Of a stretch of 30,134 nucleotides of DNA, positions 16,389 through 25,449 are shown in pieces; the first letter of the stretch is position 1, and each line of letters opens with the position of its first letter. A program made the position numbers and the translations under genes. The notes below the pieces were generated by a model. It was not told the DNA's origin. It worked only from the letters and a program-made list of their open reading frames with translations, and searched no databases. Source of the stretch: a virus (taxonomy: Duplodnaviria > Caudoviricetes); the IMG/VR virus record IMGVR_UViG_3300020045_002200, positions 1 through 30,134 of that record. One strand, written 5' to 3'.

Positions 16389-18708
16389 TGTCTGCTGTTG
16401 TTATATTGTTATCCGCTGTTATTATATTATTGTCTGCTGTTACTATTCGTGGCGCTTGCTGGCAAAATATGTCTATTACTTGCAAAGTTGTTGTATTAGT
16501 AATTGAAACATTTGTCGAACGTGTTGCACCCGTGTTATTTTCCTCAAATGCAAAGTAAACATTGTCGCCTGAACTTGTAATTGATAGCCATGTTCCTGAC
16601 TCTATTATATAACTATATCCTGCAAGATTTGTTATTGTTACCGTTTGTGTTTGCGCTCTGTAATCCGCATATAGAACATTGACATCAGCGTTAAATCCAT
16701 TGATAGTATTATCAAAAGAGTTAATTAAATTAAGTGATACTTCACCGCTTAAAAGATTAATATTATAGTTATCAATTCTATAATAATCGTGTTTAATTTG
16801 TAAAACATCATTCAATTTTAATTGCGTTAATATTCGTAACGGTAAAATCGCTTTATATTTAAAGTTTCTACGCTTAATATTAAATACAGAATCTACATAG
16901 TCTTTATGATAGTTTTTATATAAGGTATTTTCGGACGCTACTCCGTTCCATTCGTTATTTTCTATACCAAAAACTAAGTTGTATTGTGGATTAATGAAGT
17001 CAATTGAGTGACTTGCTATGTTTACACTTCCATTAATCAACTCTTTACCTCCTATATCGTTAATAAAGCCTAAAGTTTTTGTCCCTACTGCTGTTGAAAC
17101 ATTATAAAATAAGTGTACTTTAGGATTTACAGGCGTAATTGTTTCGTCAAATATCCCTCCGTACATTATATTGGTATTGATATTATCTTTTAAGTCAATT
17201 AAACGTTCATAAACAATTTGTTCAAAGGGTAATTCATACGATAAACTTTCTCCATCTAAAGGTTTACCTGTTGCTGTACCGTCATCAGTTAATATTGTTT
17301 CTTCATCTCCATAAGATAAACCAGTATTTACTTTAAATTGTTTGTTTAATATAGTGATAGGCTCTTGAAACTTAAATTTAATTTCATTCAATAATGAACC
17401 CCTTTCAATATCTATTGAATTATCGTTTATGTATTTAGAAACATTCCAAATTGAACCTTTAGAATAAAAACTTTTTAAAGTATCAACGTAGATATTATCG
17501 TACTCATCAGCAATAACAACTAATTTAAACATCTTAAATAATCCATTTAAGAAGTCAATTATTTTTATCTTAGGTAAATTATTAATTACTTGCAACTGTC
17601 CTGTAATTGTTTGCTGTGGGAATGTAGCTGACATACGATAACTTTCATATCTAAACTCAATCGTTAACTTGCTTGTGAATTTAAACTCTTGGTTAGCTGA
17701 AATATACCACGAATGTTTTTGTCCTGTATTTCTTTCGATGTCAAAATAAAATACATCAGTCCCAGTACTTTGGCTAAAACCACCTGCTAAATTACCATCG
17801 ATTGTATGCTCAATATTATACTTTACACTTTCATATCCTGAAGCTGGTACTATGTCGATAAGAGAATAAATCCTTTTTCCACCTGCTACAAAAGTATCTT
17901 CTACAATATCAACGACACCGCCTCTGCCATCAATATCGCCAGTATTAGTGAAGTCCATTCTAACTTTATTATTTTGCGTATTAACCAAGTTAGAATCGTT
18001 ATTTAACCAAATAAACAACTCTGTAAAATCAGTACGTCCAAAAAAGTCACGTGAAAAAGTTATCCCGTATTTCGTTTCGATAGCTTCAATAATATTTAAG
18101 ACTCTTAACGCTGGTCTTAACTCATTCCAATTTAAACCTGTGTTTGCGCTTAAAGGTAAGTATGATATATTAGCTAACTTATCTGTATTCGTTCCCTCTT
18201 GCGATGAGTCGTAATACAATTGTTTTTTAACAAATAACGGATAAATTAAATTACCTGAAAACAAACTTGAAGTCAAACCTGTCTTTACATTTGCAGGATT
18301 GAAAGTGTGTTGGAATTCTGAAAAATCCAAAGAACTTAACTCATCATTTTTTAATGTGTCTTTTAATGAAACTAAGTTACCCCAAAAAGTAAGCGTATAG
18401 GCATATGGTCTCCCTTGCTTAACACTAACTTTGTCTAACCTAAATTTACCGTACTTAAAAGGTATGCCATCTAATTCTATGCGCCCATCTTGTTTAACCC
18501 TTGCGTCAAACGAATTATCTATATTGGCATCGTAATAATGTTTAAAAATACGATTGTTTTTATTAGTAGCAGGAACGGTAAACGAACGAGAATAGTCGGT
18601 TGTATTTTTAGTGATATCGTTAATATTAGCAATAGAACTATTAATCTCTATGCTTTCATCTTTGAACCTGTCTAAGTCCTCGTTACCTATGTATAATTTT
18701 ACAACCAT
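16381..18708 (-). CDS. Tail tip / baseplate hub protein
   Basis: 775 aa; LDRFKDESIEIN...DYSRSFTVPAT..NNRIFKHYY, YYRIDNY; Ig-like C-terminus ending in TAD repeats. Confidence 0.75.
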   Translation of the reverse strand: MVVKLYIGNEDLDRFKDESIEINSSIANINDITKNTTDYSRSFTVPATNKNNRIFKHYYDANIDNSFDARVKQDGRIELDGIPFKYGKFRLDKVSVKQGRPYAYTLTFWGNLVSLKDTLKNDELSSLDFSEFQHTFNPANVKTGLTSSLFSGNLIYPLFVKKQLYYDSSQEGTNTDKLANISYLPLSANTGLNWNELRPALRVLNIIEAIETKYGITFSRDFFGRTDFTELFIWLNNDSNLVNTQNNKVRMDFTNTGDIDGRGGVVDIVEDTFVAGGKRIYSLIDIVPASGYESVKYNIEHTIDGNLAGGFSQSTGTDVFYFDIERNTGQKHSWYISANQEFKFTSKLTIEFRYESYRMSATFPQQTITGQLQVINNLPKIKIIDFLNGLFKMFKLVVIADEYDNIYVDTLKSFYSKGSIWNVSKYINDNSIDIERGSLLNEIKFKFQEPITILNKQFKVNTGLSYGDEETILTDDGTATGKPLDGESLSYELPFEQIVYERLIDLKDNINTNIMYGGIFDETITPVNPKVHLFYNVSTAVGTKTLGFINDIGGKELINGSVNIASHSIDFINPQYNLVFGIENNEWNGVASENTLYKNYHKDYVDSVFNIKRRNFKYKAILPLRILTQLKLNDVLQIKHDYYRIDNYNINLLSGEVSLNLINSFDNTINGFNADVNVLYADYRAQTQTVTITNLAGYSYIIESGTWLSITSSGDNVYFAFEENNTGATRSTNVSITNTTTLQVIDIFCQQAPRIVTADNNIITADNNITTADNG
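16387..16446 (-). repeat. Approximately three 21-bp coding tandem repeats
   Basis: Encodes IVTADNN-IITADNN-ITTADN at the C-terminus of the hub protein. Confidence 0.8.
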
Positions 18709-19782
18709 TTATATATTGTTAACATCGTTAAAAGCATATTCAAACTCCATTTCATAATTTATTAAACGGTCTTTTTGTCGTGTTTTATATTCCAAAGATT
18801 TAGTTCCTAATTTCAAAGGGATGTAAGCAGTTCCATCGGTAACTTGCCAAACTCTCTCGGATAAAAGCAATTGTTTATAAGAATCATTTACCGATTCATT
18901 CACAAAGCCACTGTTAATTTTAAACTTAGATTTACCCTGAACGTTATACGTTACATATTGGTGATAACCTAAACTTGGCTGTCCTTTGTCATTTTCAAAT
19001 TCCTCACTTGTTGCATTTGTAGAGTCTGTTTTTGCCTTGAAAAATGTAAGCAATTGCAAAGCACCTTCTTTATTTTGAAAGGCTATGTCAATAGGTGTGT
19101 ATCTACATTCGTCCTGAACCAATAATGTACACGTATAGTCTAACTCTGATATAGTTATTTCAATAACATTGTCATCTAAAGTATCTATAACATTAACCCA
19201 TATGTTTTTTATTAATTGCGAACTGTTAGTAGTTGATGATATAGTTGTATTATAATCTAAAGTATTTATTGGATAAGATTTTACACTTAACGAATAAGAT
19301 AAACTTTCGCTAATCATTAAAGGCAAACAAAAGAAACCATTTCGATTTACTTTAAACTCATCACCTGACAAAAGTACACCACTCGATTGAGCATTCTCTC
19401 CATCTAATCCATAACCGTAACCACGTGTTAATAGTTGCACACTTTCTAATTGAACCACATCTAAATCTAATTCGTCAGCGGTCGTATAAATCACTTGTGT
19501 TTTAACCCATGCCTGATTATTCCCATTATAGACTCCTGTTACAGTCATTTCATTAGGCATGAAATCAATATAATCATTTACTAATCGTGCTATATTTACT
19601 TTATCATTACCGCCTGAACCAGTAGGGTTTTTCTTTGTAACCTGATAAACTGATTCTGCAGGAACAGACGCTTTCAATCCATCCCAAACGAATACTTGCA
19701 ACGTGTAAGAAGTACAAATAGCATCGGTTAACGGACTTGTAAACGGTATTTCTAAATAATAAGGTGATAAACTTTTTATCAT
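18709..19782 (-). CDS. Tail protein (distal tail/baseplate-like)
   Basis: FQNKEGA...NSGFV...QLLLSERVW...LINYEMEF pattern, upstream of the hub gene. Confidence 0.65.
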   Translation of the reverse strand: MIKSLSPYYLEIPFTSPLTDAICTSYTLQVFVWDGLKASVPAESVYQVTKKNPTGSGGNDKVNIARLVNDYIDFMPNEMTVTGVYNGNNQAWVKTQVIYTTADELDLDVVQLESVQLLTRGYGYGLDGENAQSSGVLLSGDEFKVNRNGFFCLPLMISESLSYSLSVKSYPINTLDYNTTISSTTNSSQLIKNIWVNVIDTLDDNVIEITISELDYTCTLLVQDECRYTPIDIAFQNKEGALQLLTFFKAKTDSTNATSEEFENDKGQPSLGYHQYVTYNVQGKSKFKINSGFVNESVNDSYKQLLLSERVWQVTDGTAYIPLKLGTKSLEYKTRQKDRLINYEMEFEYAFNDVNNI

Positions 19783-20312
19783 AATTTTAATGCTATTTTT
19801 AATTTCTCATCAACTTCTAAAGAGTAAGCCATGTATATATCATTAGGCAATCTTTGAAAGGCTTGTTCGTATGGCTTAGTAAAAAAATTTGTTGTTGCAA
19901 TTCCTTTATTCCAAATCGAACGCATTATCAAAAAGGCAGTTGATTTATAACTTAGAAACTTTCCTGTTTTTTTATCTTTAAATTGAATGCGTTTTCTTGA
20001 TACCCAACCGTTAATGCCATTCGTTAAACCTCCTTTTTTTCCCGTGCCGATTCCAAACTTAAACGGACTTAAAGGAGCTTTCGCTGAGCTACTTACTCCT
20101 TTTACCCCTTTATCTACAAACTCCCAGTAGTTCTCAGCGTTCCCGAACGTAAAAGATAAAGTGGTTATGTTGTCGTTGCTTTCAACTTTATAATTTACCC
20201 CATCATATAACGCACTTGTATCTTTCTTTTTTCTTTTAGATAAGTTTGATTTAGCTTGTTGTTTAACATACTTGCCGAACTTGTCTAACTCATTAGCTAT
20301 ACCACTTGACAT
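19779..20312 (-). CDS. Tail completion protein (HK97 gp10-like)
   Basis: Basic protein; YWEFVDKGVKG and RSIWNKGIATTNFFT motifs. Confidence 0.6.
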   Translation of the reverse strand: MSSGIANELDKFGKYVKQQAKSNLSKRKKKDTSALYDGVNYKVESNDNITTLSFTFGNAENYWEFVDKGVKGVSSSAKAPLSPFKFGIGTGKKGGLTNGINGWVSRKRIQFKDKKTGKFLSYKSTAFLIMRSIWNKGIATTNFFTKPYEQAFQRLPNDIYMAYSLEVDEKLKIALKL

Positions 20313-20758
20313 AATGATAACTCCGTGTTTGGAACTTCAACTTCAAAAGATAAACGAACTCCGTCCAATAATTTAGCACCCTCGAATGAACCTAATTCAA
20401 ACGATGGATTTTCGCTCGATGTGATATTATTATCTTCAAAATCAGCATACATCTTTAACCACATTCTGTTTAAAATTGCAATACATAAATTGTGATTATC
20501 TACTTCATTATCGTTTCCAAAAAAATTATCTTCATTAATTTCCTTATTAATATCTCTCTGATTAAAGCATGATAATTCTATATTAAAATTAACCGTTTGA
20601 CCGTTTGTAAATCCCCCCGAAACAATGTTAATATTAACTAATGGGTACATGATTTCTTTTTTTAAATCAATATCCTGAGCCTTCATAACAGAATTTACCG
20701 AACTATCCGATTCTGCTAATTGCTTAAGATATAAATATAATTGTGTTAACTGATTCAT
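20297..20758 (-). CDS. Putative tail terminator protein
   Basis: Acidic 153-aa protein with YPLVNI and LDGVRLSFEV. Confidence 0.55.
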   Translation of the reverse strand: MNQLTQLYLYLKQLAESDSSVNSVMKAQDIDLKKEIMYPLVNINIVSGGFTNGQTVNFNIELSCFNQRDINKEINEDNFFGNDNEVDNHNLCIAILNRMWLKMYADFEDNNITSSENPSFELGSFEGAKLLDGVRLSFEVEVPNTELSLCQVV

Positions 20759-21509
20759 TATAACTCTATTGTATTAGTATTATTATTCATAATCTTATGT
20801 TTTAATTTCTGCTTATCAATTTTGTGAGCTAAGAAAATATGCACCTCGTGAACATTCATTTTCAATATAGTATCTATTTTCCAAATCTTACCCTTTGCCA
20901 GTTCTTCTATTGTAGCATACCATCCCCACTTTTCGAAATAGTTTCCTGCGTTTCTTCCCTCGCTTGTCCCACCCTCATATATTTCTGGGTATAATTGATT
21001 AATTCGTTCGCTAAACTCGAAAAAAAAACCAATGAACCGTTAACAATAGATAAAGGCATATGTTTCATTATGTCAGAATACTGTTTAGTTCCTGTATAAT
21101 TTGTGATTTCATAATTACCTAAAATGTCTTTCTTTTTAATAGGTCTAAATAAAACAGCCATTAATTTATGTAAATTTTCAACGCTTGACCCATGTGTAGA
21201 TATATCCACAAACTCCCCTTGTGTAATCTTATCAAAGTCCGTTATAAATCCAAATTCAACATCTTTAATAAAAAAAGTAGGCTTAAACTCAACTGTTTGA
21301 TTTAATGCTGAATCTATTTGAGTCAACATCATCTTGTAATCAACTGAGCCTATTAAATCAATTCTATTACGCTCTATTCCTGTAAAGAGTTGAATCTTTC
21401 TTTTATTAAAATTATATTCGTCTAAATCTTCACGTTGCAATAAATCATCGTATTGCTGATATTGCAATAAGGTTATATCGTGAATTGATTCTGGAAGCGT
21501 TACTTTCAT
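20758..21509 (-). CDS. Tail assembly chaperone, long -1 frameshift form (about 250 aa)
   Basis: T9 slippery run at 21020-21028. The -1 frame is open to TAA 20758-20760 (FEFSERINQLYPEIY...KWGWYATIEELAKG...IEL) and abuts the next ATG. Confidence 0.7.
20907..21509 (-). CDS. Tail assembly chaperone, short form
   Basis: 200 aa; ITLLQYQ, ITQGEFVDI, HKLMAVLFRP and the LVFF slip site. Confidence 0.7.
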   Translation of the reverse strand: MKVTLPESIHDITLLQYQQYDDLLQREDLDEYNFNKRKIQLFTGIERNRIDLIGSVDYKMMLTQIDSALNQTVEFKPTFFIKDVEFGFITDFDKITQGEFVDISTHGSSVENLHKLMAVLFRPIKKKDILGNYEITNYTGTKQYSDIMKHMPLSIVNGSLVFFSSLANELINYTQKYMRVGQAREETQETISKSGDGMLQ

Positions 21510-21516
21510 ATCTTAT

Positions 21517-21541
21517 AAACTATTTATTTGCTTTTTTGTTA
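21517..21541 (-). promoter_or_regulatory. Putative late (phage sigma) promoter
   Basis: TAAC-N17-GTTT, with the G 11 nt before ATG 21509. Confidence 0.6.
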
Positions 21542-22768
21542 TCTTATTTCTATTTTATAACCCCCTGTTAAATTATAAGATACATTGTATCTAATCGCGT
21601 CAATTGCGTGATTCCAATTATCACAGAATAGTTTACTACCTTTATCCGTATAAACATAATTGTTTAATTCCTTACCTATGTTTTCACCCTCTACAACTAA
21701 TTTATAATCCTGCATCAAAGCAATACCAGCGCTAATACTTCCAGCGCCTTTGGTTGTCGGAACTACTCTACACCCTTGACTAACTAACTCGTCAATTAAT
21801 CGAGGTTCAGCACTATCAGCTATAATTAATTTATTCCCACAAATAGACTTATTTATATGCGCTATTTCGGTCGTGGTTAACTTTGGTTTATACAGATGCT
21901 CCTTTAAATAAATTATCTTTTTGCTTTTATCTATTGCCACTTCAATAAGGGTTGTCGGGTCAATACTAAATCCATAATCCTGACCAAATGAAGTTTGTAA
22001 ATTATTAGGATTGAATGTACCGAACTCCCAATTCGTAAAAACAACACCCTCCGCTTTATCCAACCAGCCACCAAGTACTACGTGATTATACTTTGATGGA
22101 TTTTTAACTTTCATATCCTCAAAATAATCTTGTATTTCTTTAGGAACAAATTCTAAACAGTCTAAATAAGTAGTATGAATATAACAAACATTGTCTTTTA
22201 TTCCGTTAAACCCCTCCTTTACTCCTTTACTTTCAAAATACTTTTTATAAATAAAATGTTCTTTGGTAGCTGGATTTAAAATTAATATTTTAATATTTGC
22301 GTTTGGGTTGTTTTTATCGTTACCTCTAATCGATAAAAATATTTTATCATAAATACTTTCGTCTGTGAGTTCTTCAGCCTCATCTAATATCCAGCAACTA
22401 AAATCTTTAAGTCCTTTTAAATTTGCAGTTTGTTGATTACTACCAGCTTTCAATCCCTTAAAAACTATCTTAGCATTATTAAACAAAGCGTCAATTCTAT
22501 TAACAGTTAAGTTAAAATAACTATTAACTTTTAACATATTTATTTTTTCTTCAACTTCCGCATAAATACTGTCTTTTAATGACGCATTAGTAAACCTTGA
22601 ATATAAAATTCTATGACCGTAATTTTTACAATTAGTTACGGAACTTGTTGAAACGGCAAATGATTTTTGAGAATATCGTCCACCTGTTAATATAAAAACA
22701 TCAACCCCTTTAGGAATATCAAAAAGGGGTTGGAATTTTTCACTTAATTTTATTTTATCACTACTCAT
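21539..22768 (-). CDS. terL: Terminase large subunit (PBSX/SPP1-like)
   Basis: GGRYSQKS Walker A, WILDEAEE Walker B, LNP, GQDYGFSIDP, ADSAEPRLI and NHAIDAIRY motifs. Confidence 0.95.
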   Translation of the reverse strand: MSSDKIKLSEKFQPLFDIPKGVDVFILTGGRYSQKSFAVSTSSVTNCKNYGHRILYSRFTNASLKDSIYAEVEEKINMLKVNSYFNLTVNRIDALFNNAKIVFKGLKAGSNQQTANLKGLKDFSCWILDEAEELTDESIYDKIFLSIRGNDKNNPNANIKILILNPATKEHFIYKKYFESKGVKEGFNGIKDNVCYIHTTYLDCLEFVPKEIQDYFEDMKVKNPSKYNHVVLGGWLDKAEGVVFTNWEFGTFNPNNLQTSFGQDYGFSIDPTTLIEVAIDKSKKIIYLKEHLYKPKLTTTEIAHINKSICGNKLIIADSAEPRLIDELVSQGCRVVPTTKGAGSISAGIALMQDYKLVVEGENIGKELNNYVYTDKGSKLFCDNWNHAIDAIRYNVSYNLTGGYKIEIR

Positions 22769-23027
22769 TTGGTTTAGTAAATACTATTGATACTGGAAAA
22801 CTATCAGATATTTCATGAGTATTTTTTTGGTTAATAGTCTGCTTAGGCATTCCGAAATTATACTGAAAAAATAATTTAACCGCCCAATCTTTCTTTTCAT
22901 TTAAAGCCTCTGTAAGCGCCTTAAAAGCTAATGGTTCTAATGGAGTAAGTTTTTCTATTAAACTTTGCTCCTCTGCCTTGCTTTTACGTCCTGCGCCATC
23001 TCTGGCTCCACCTCTTTTATCTTCCAT
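22761..23027 (-). CDS. terS: Putative terminase small subunit
   Basis: RGGARDGAGRK and AVKLFFQYNFGMPKQ motifs; overlaps the terL start. Confidence 0.65.
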   Translation of the reverse strand: MEDKRGGARDGAGRKSKAEEQSLIEKLTPLEPLAFKALTEALNEKKDWAVKLFFQYNFGMPKQTINQKNTHEISDSFPVSIVFTKPNE

Positions 23028-23041
23028 TTGAAAAAAATTGA

Positions 23042-23230
23042 TTATTCATTTTTAATTATTTCAAAACTTGTTTTATCAGTTTGATTTTCTTTAAATAAAA
23101 TAACAGTTATGTACTGTTTTTTAAATATATTCTTAAACGCATAAACTATTTTGTCTGTTTCTTCAGGAGTTAAACAATCATACGTTACTGCTGGTCTAAT
23201 AACTAATATATCTTTACTCATAACTGTCAA
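23042..23230 (-). CDS. Hypothetical protein
   Basis: Short ORF filling the gap in the operon. Confidence 0.55.
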   Translation of the reverse strand: MTVMSKDILVIRPAVTYDCLTPEETDKIVYAFKNIFKKQYITVILFKENQTDKTSFEIIKNE

Positions 23231-23576
23231 ACACTTTGTCTAATTTATCAATCATACTTATCAATGGTTTAGGACTACAACTTGCACACGGAAACCATAA
23301 CTGTCTATCGAATACACTTGCGTATAACTCACAAACATAGTCTACTTGTTCTTTACTTGTTGTAAGCGTTCGTACTGCTTTAAAATCTTTCCAGCTATTA
23401 TATTCCTGCTCGGTTAGACATCTCGCCTTAAATCGATAAGGAAATAGCTCGTTTAGCTTTTCTTTTCTTTTATCACATCCGCAATCTTTACCCTCTACAA
23501 ATATCTGCAATCCTGTTGCATGAATAATCTTTTCAACTGTATCTCCTAAACCTCTACTTCTTTTTACTTTTGCCAT
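23214..23576 (-). CDS. Cys-rich protein (probable metal binding)
   Basis: SRGLGDTVEK, DCGCDKRKEKLN and CASC motifs. Confidence 0.7.
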   Translation of the reverse strand: MAKVKRSRGLGDTVEKIIHATGLQIFVEGKDCGCDKRKEKLNELFPYRFKARCLTEQEYNSWKDFKAVRTLTTSKEQVDYVCELYASVFDRQLWFPCASCSPKPLISMIDKLDKVFDSYE

Positions 23577-24040
23577 TTCAATCTTTTATTTTTATATAAA
23601 TCGATATCATTACCTAAAATTTTCTTACGTGCTTTATCTAATTCACGATAAATCAAACCGTAATCGATAAACTTATATTTCTCTGCAATTTCTCTAATAC
23701 TCAAATCGTACGATTCACTAAGCAATCCGAGTTGTAAATAACTCAATTTACTACAATCTTCTAACAACCCTACTTCATAATCGTTTAACTCTAAAACCTC
23801 GTTATTATGTGCTAAATTAAAAAATAAGTCTAAAGATACTTTTTGTTTCTTAGCTTTCACATAGTCTAAAAAAAGATTTCTAATTACTATAATAACGTAA
23901 AAATCGTTTATTTGTTTCGTTGAATCATGCAATTTTAAATACATATCATTTACTAAGTCATCAGCAATCATCCTATCTTTAGATATATTCAAAGCTATTT
24001 TTCTCCAGTAACTATCTTTTTTTGCAAGTTCTTCTAACAT
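23564..24040 (-). CDS. ECF-type sigma-70 family factor (late transcription)
   Basis: ADDLVNDMYLKL and IRNLFLD (region 2); LSIREIAEK HTH (region 4). Confidence 0.8.
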   Translation of the reverse strand: MLEELAKKDSYWRKIALNISKDRMIADDLVNDMYLKLHDSTKQINDFYVIIVIRNLFLDYVKAKKQKVSLDLFFNLAHNNEVLELNDYEVGLLEDCSKLSYLQLGLLSESYDLSIREIAEKYKFIDYGLIYRELDKARKKILGNDIDLYKNKRLKWQK

Positions 24041-24060
24041 AAGTTATTGATTTATAATTA

Positions 24061-24068
24061 CAAATATA
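24061..24068 (-). promoter_or_regulatory. -7 element upstream of the sigma gene
   Basis: TATATTTG 21 nt before ATG 24040; the -33 element is not clear. Confidence 0.5.
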
Positions 24069-24075
24069 CAAAAAA

Positions 24076-24465
24076 TTACAATCCAATTAGTTTTTCTGCT
24101 GTTTTTGTTAGTTCTAAATTGTATTTTATCAAAGATTCTATATTACATATATCATTTAATAAAAAAATATTGTGTAAATCATTAAATTCATTTTTAAACA
24201 AACACCTTTCTTTTGCTTGTTGGTATTTTTTTAAATCCTCAAAAAAAGTACCTTGACAAGATTTTAAATAGTTTTCAATTTTAGGCTCTTCCAAAATATT
24301 CCCCTCCTCATCACAAGGCACAAACATCCATAGTTCTAATGGTTGTTTTAGGAAGTTAGCGTAATGTATAATTATTTCAAATAAAAACCCTTTATCATAG
24401 TTTATATATTTATTTAAAATTTTATTTTGCTTTAAAACAAAATCTGTCATTGATATAAGTCTCAT
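24076..24465 (-). CDS. Hypothetical phage protein
   Basis: LISMTDFVL...YANFLKQPLELWMFVPCDEEGN. Confidence 0.75.
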   Translation of the reverse strand: MRLISMTDFVLKQNKILNKYINYDKGFLFEIIIHYANFLKQPLELWMFVPCDEEGNILEEPKIENYLKSCQGTFFEDLKKYQQAKERCLFKNEFNDLHNIFLLNDICNIESLIKYNLELTKTAEKLIGL

Positions 24466-24872
24466 ATCTTCTCAAAATTAATTATACATTTCATACCGTT
24501 CTCTTTTGCTTTCAATTGCAATGCTTCTATTTCTTTTGTATAGTCTGGTTGTGGTTTGAGGCGAACTTCCCAGTCCTTATTAGCGTCTTTCCAATAGCCC
24601 TCACCCACTCTTCTTACTTCAAGTTCTTCGCCTTTCCAAATCTTCTCCTCCCCCCAACTATCGCATGCCTTTAAAAATATTTCAGCGTCGAATGTTTCGT
24701 AAATTTCACATTTAACTGGATACTTAGTATTTGTTACTATATCATCTTTATAAATAGTATTATTATTAGCTAAATAGGGATACTCGCTAAAACTTGCTAT
24801 ATCTCTACATTTTATCCTATCCTTAATACCATCAAACTGTTCCTGCGTGCATCTCATTGCTATTTTTCTCAT
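24462..24872 (-). CDS. Hypothetical phage protein
   Basis: 136-aa ORF with ATGA overlaps. Confidence 0.7.
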   Translation of the reverse strand: MRKIAMRCTQEQFDGIKDRIKCRDIASFSEYPYLANNNTIYKDDIVTNTKYPVKCEIYETFDAEIFLKACDSWGEEKIWKGEELEVRRVGEGYWKDANKDWEVRLKPQPDYTKEIEALQLKAKENGMKCIINFEKI

Positions 24873-25246
24873 GATATTGTATTTTTATTGATTGCAAGAT
24901 TATTTTCAATTAATCCATAAATGTCGAAGTGCCATTCAAAAAGTTTTTCAATTACATGATATTTGCATTCATAAATATCATTGCATAAAATCCATCTTAT
25001 ACATTCGCTTGAATGTAATTCCTCTATAATATCCTTAGGCACAAACTTTTCTCCATTTACTTCAATCTCTTTTGTAAGGTCTGAAAGTGGGCGAAGATAT
25101 AGTTTTATCGTATTCAAATATATTGCGTCACTTAAAACACCATCTATATTTAAAACGTCTAATTGAAAATCGGTTTCGTCAGCTAAATCTCTACACTCTA
25201 AAGCATAAGGTAAATAACTCGCTAAATGTTTTAATTCTAATTTCAT
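24869..25246 (-). CDS. Hypothetical phage protein
   Basis: YLPY...LRPLSDLTKEI...WHFDIYGLIE. Confidence 0.75.
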   Translation of the reverse strand: MKLELKHLASYLPYALECRDLADETDFQLDVLNIDGVLSDAIYLNTIKLYLRPLSDLTKEIEVNGEKFVPKDIIEELHSSECIRWILCNDIYECKYHVIEKLFEWHFDIYGLIENNLAINKNTIS

Positions 25247-25449
25247 AATTTATTCATTTTAGATTCGTAAATATAGTATGTTATTTCATTATTTTTTATT
25301 CTAATCTTATCCACTTGGAAATCATTGTAAAAAGCCAATTTTCCTATTTTTATTGGAATTTCTTTCATTGTATAAAATCTTTGGTAAACCTGTTTTTTAG
25401 TAAGATTTAATTCTAAAGATATTTCTTTAATATTATAAAGTTTTGTCAT
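25243..25449 (-). CDS. Small HTH DNA-binding protein
   Basis: LYNIKEISLELNLTKKQVYQR. Confidence 0.6.
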   Translation of the reverse strand: MTKLYNIKEISLELNLTKKQVYQRFYTMKEIPIKIGKLAFYNDFQVDKIRIKNNEITYYIYESKMNKL

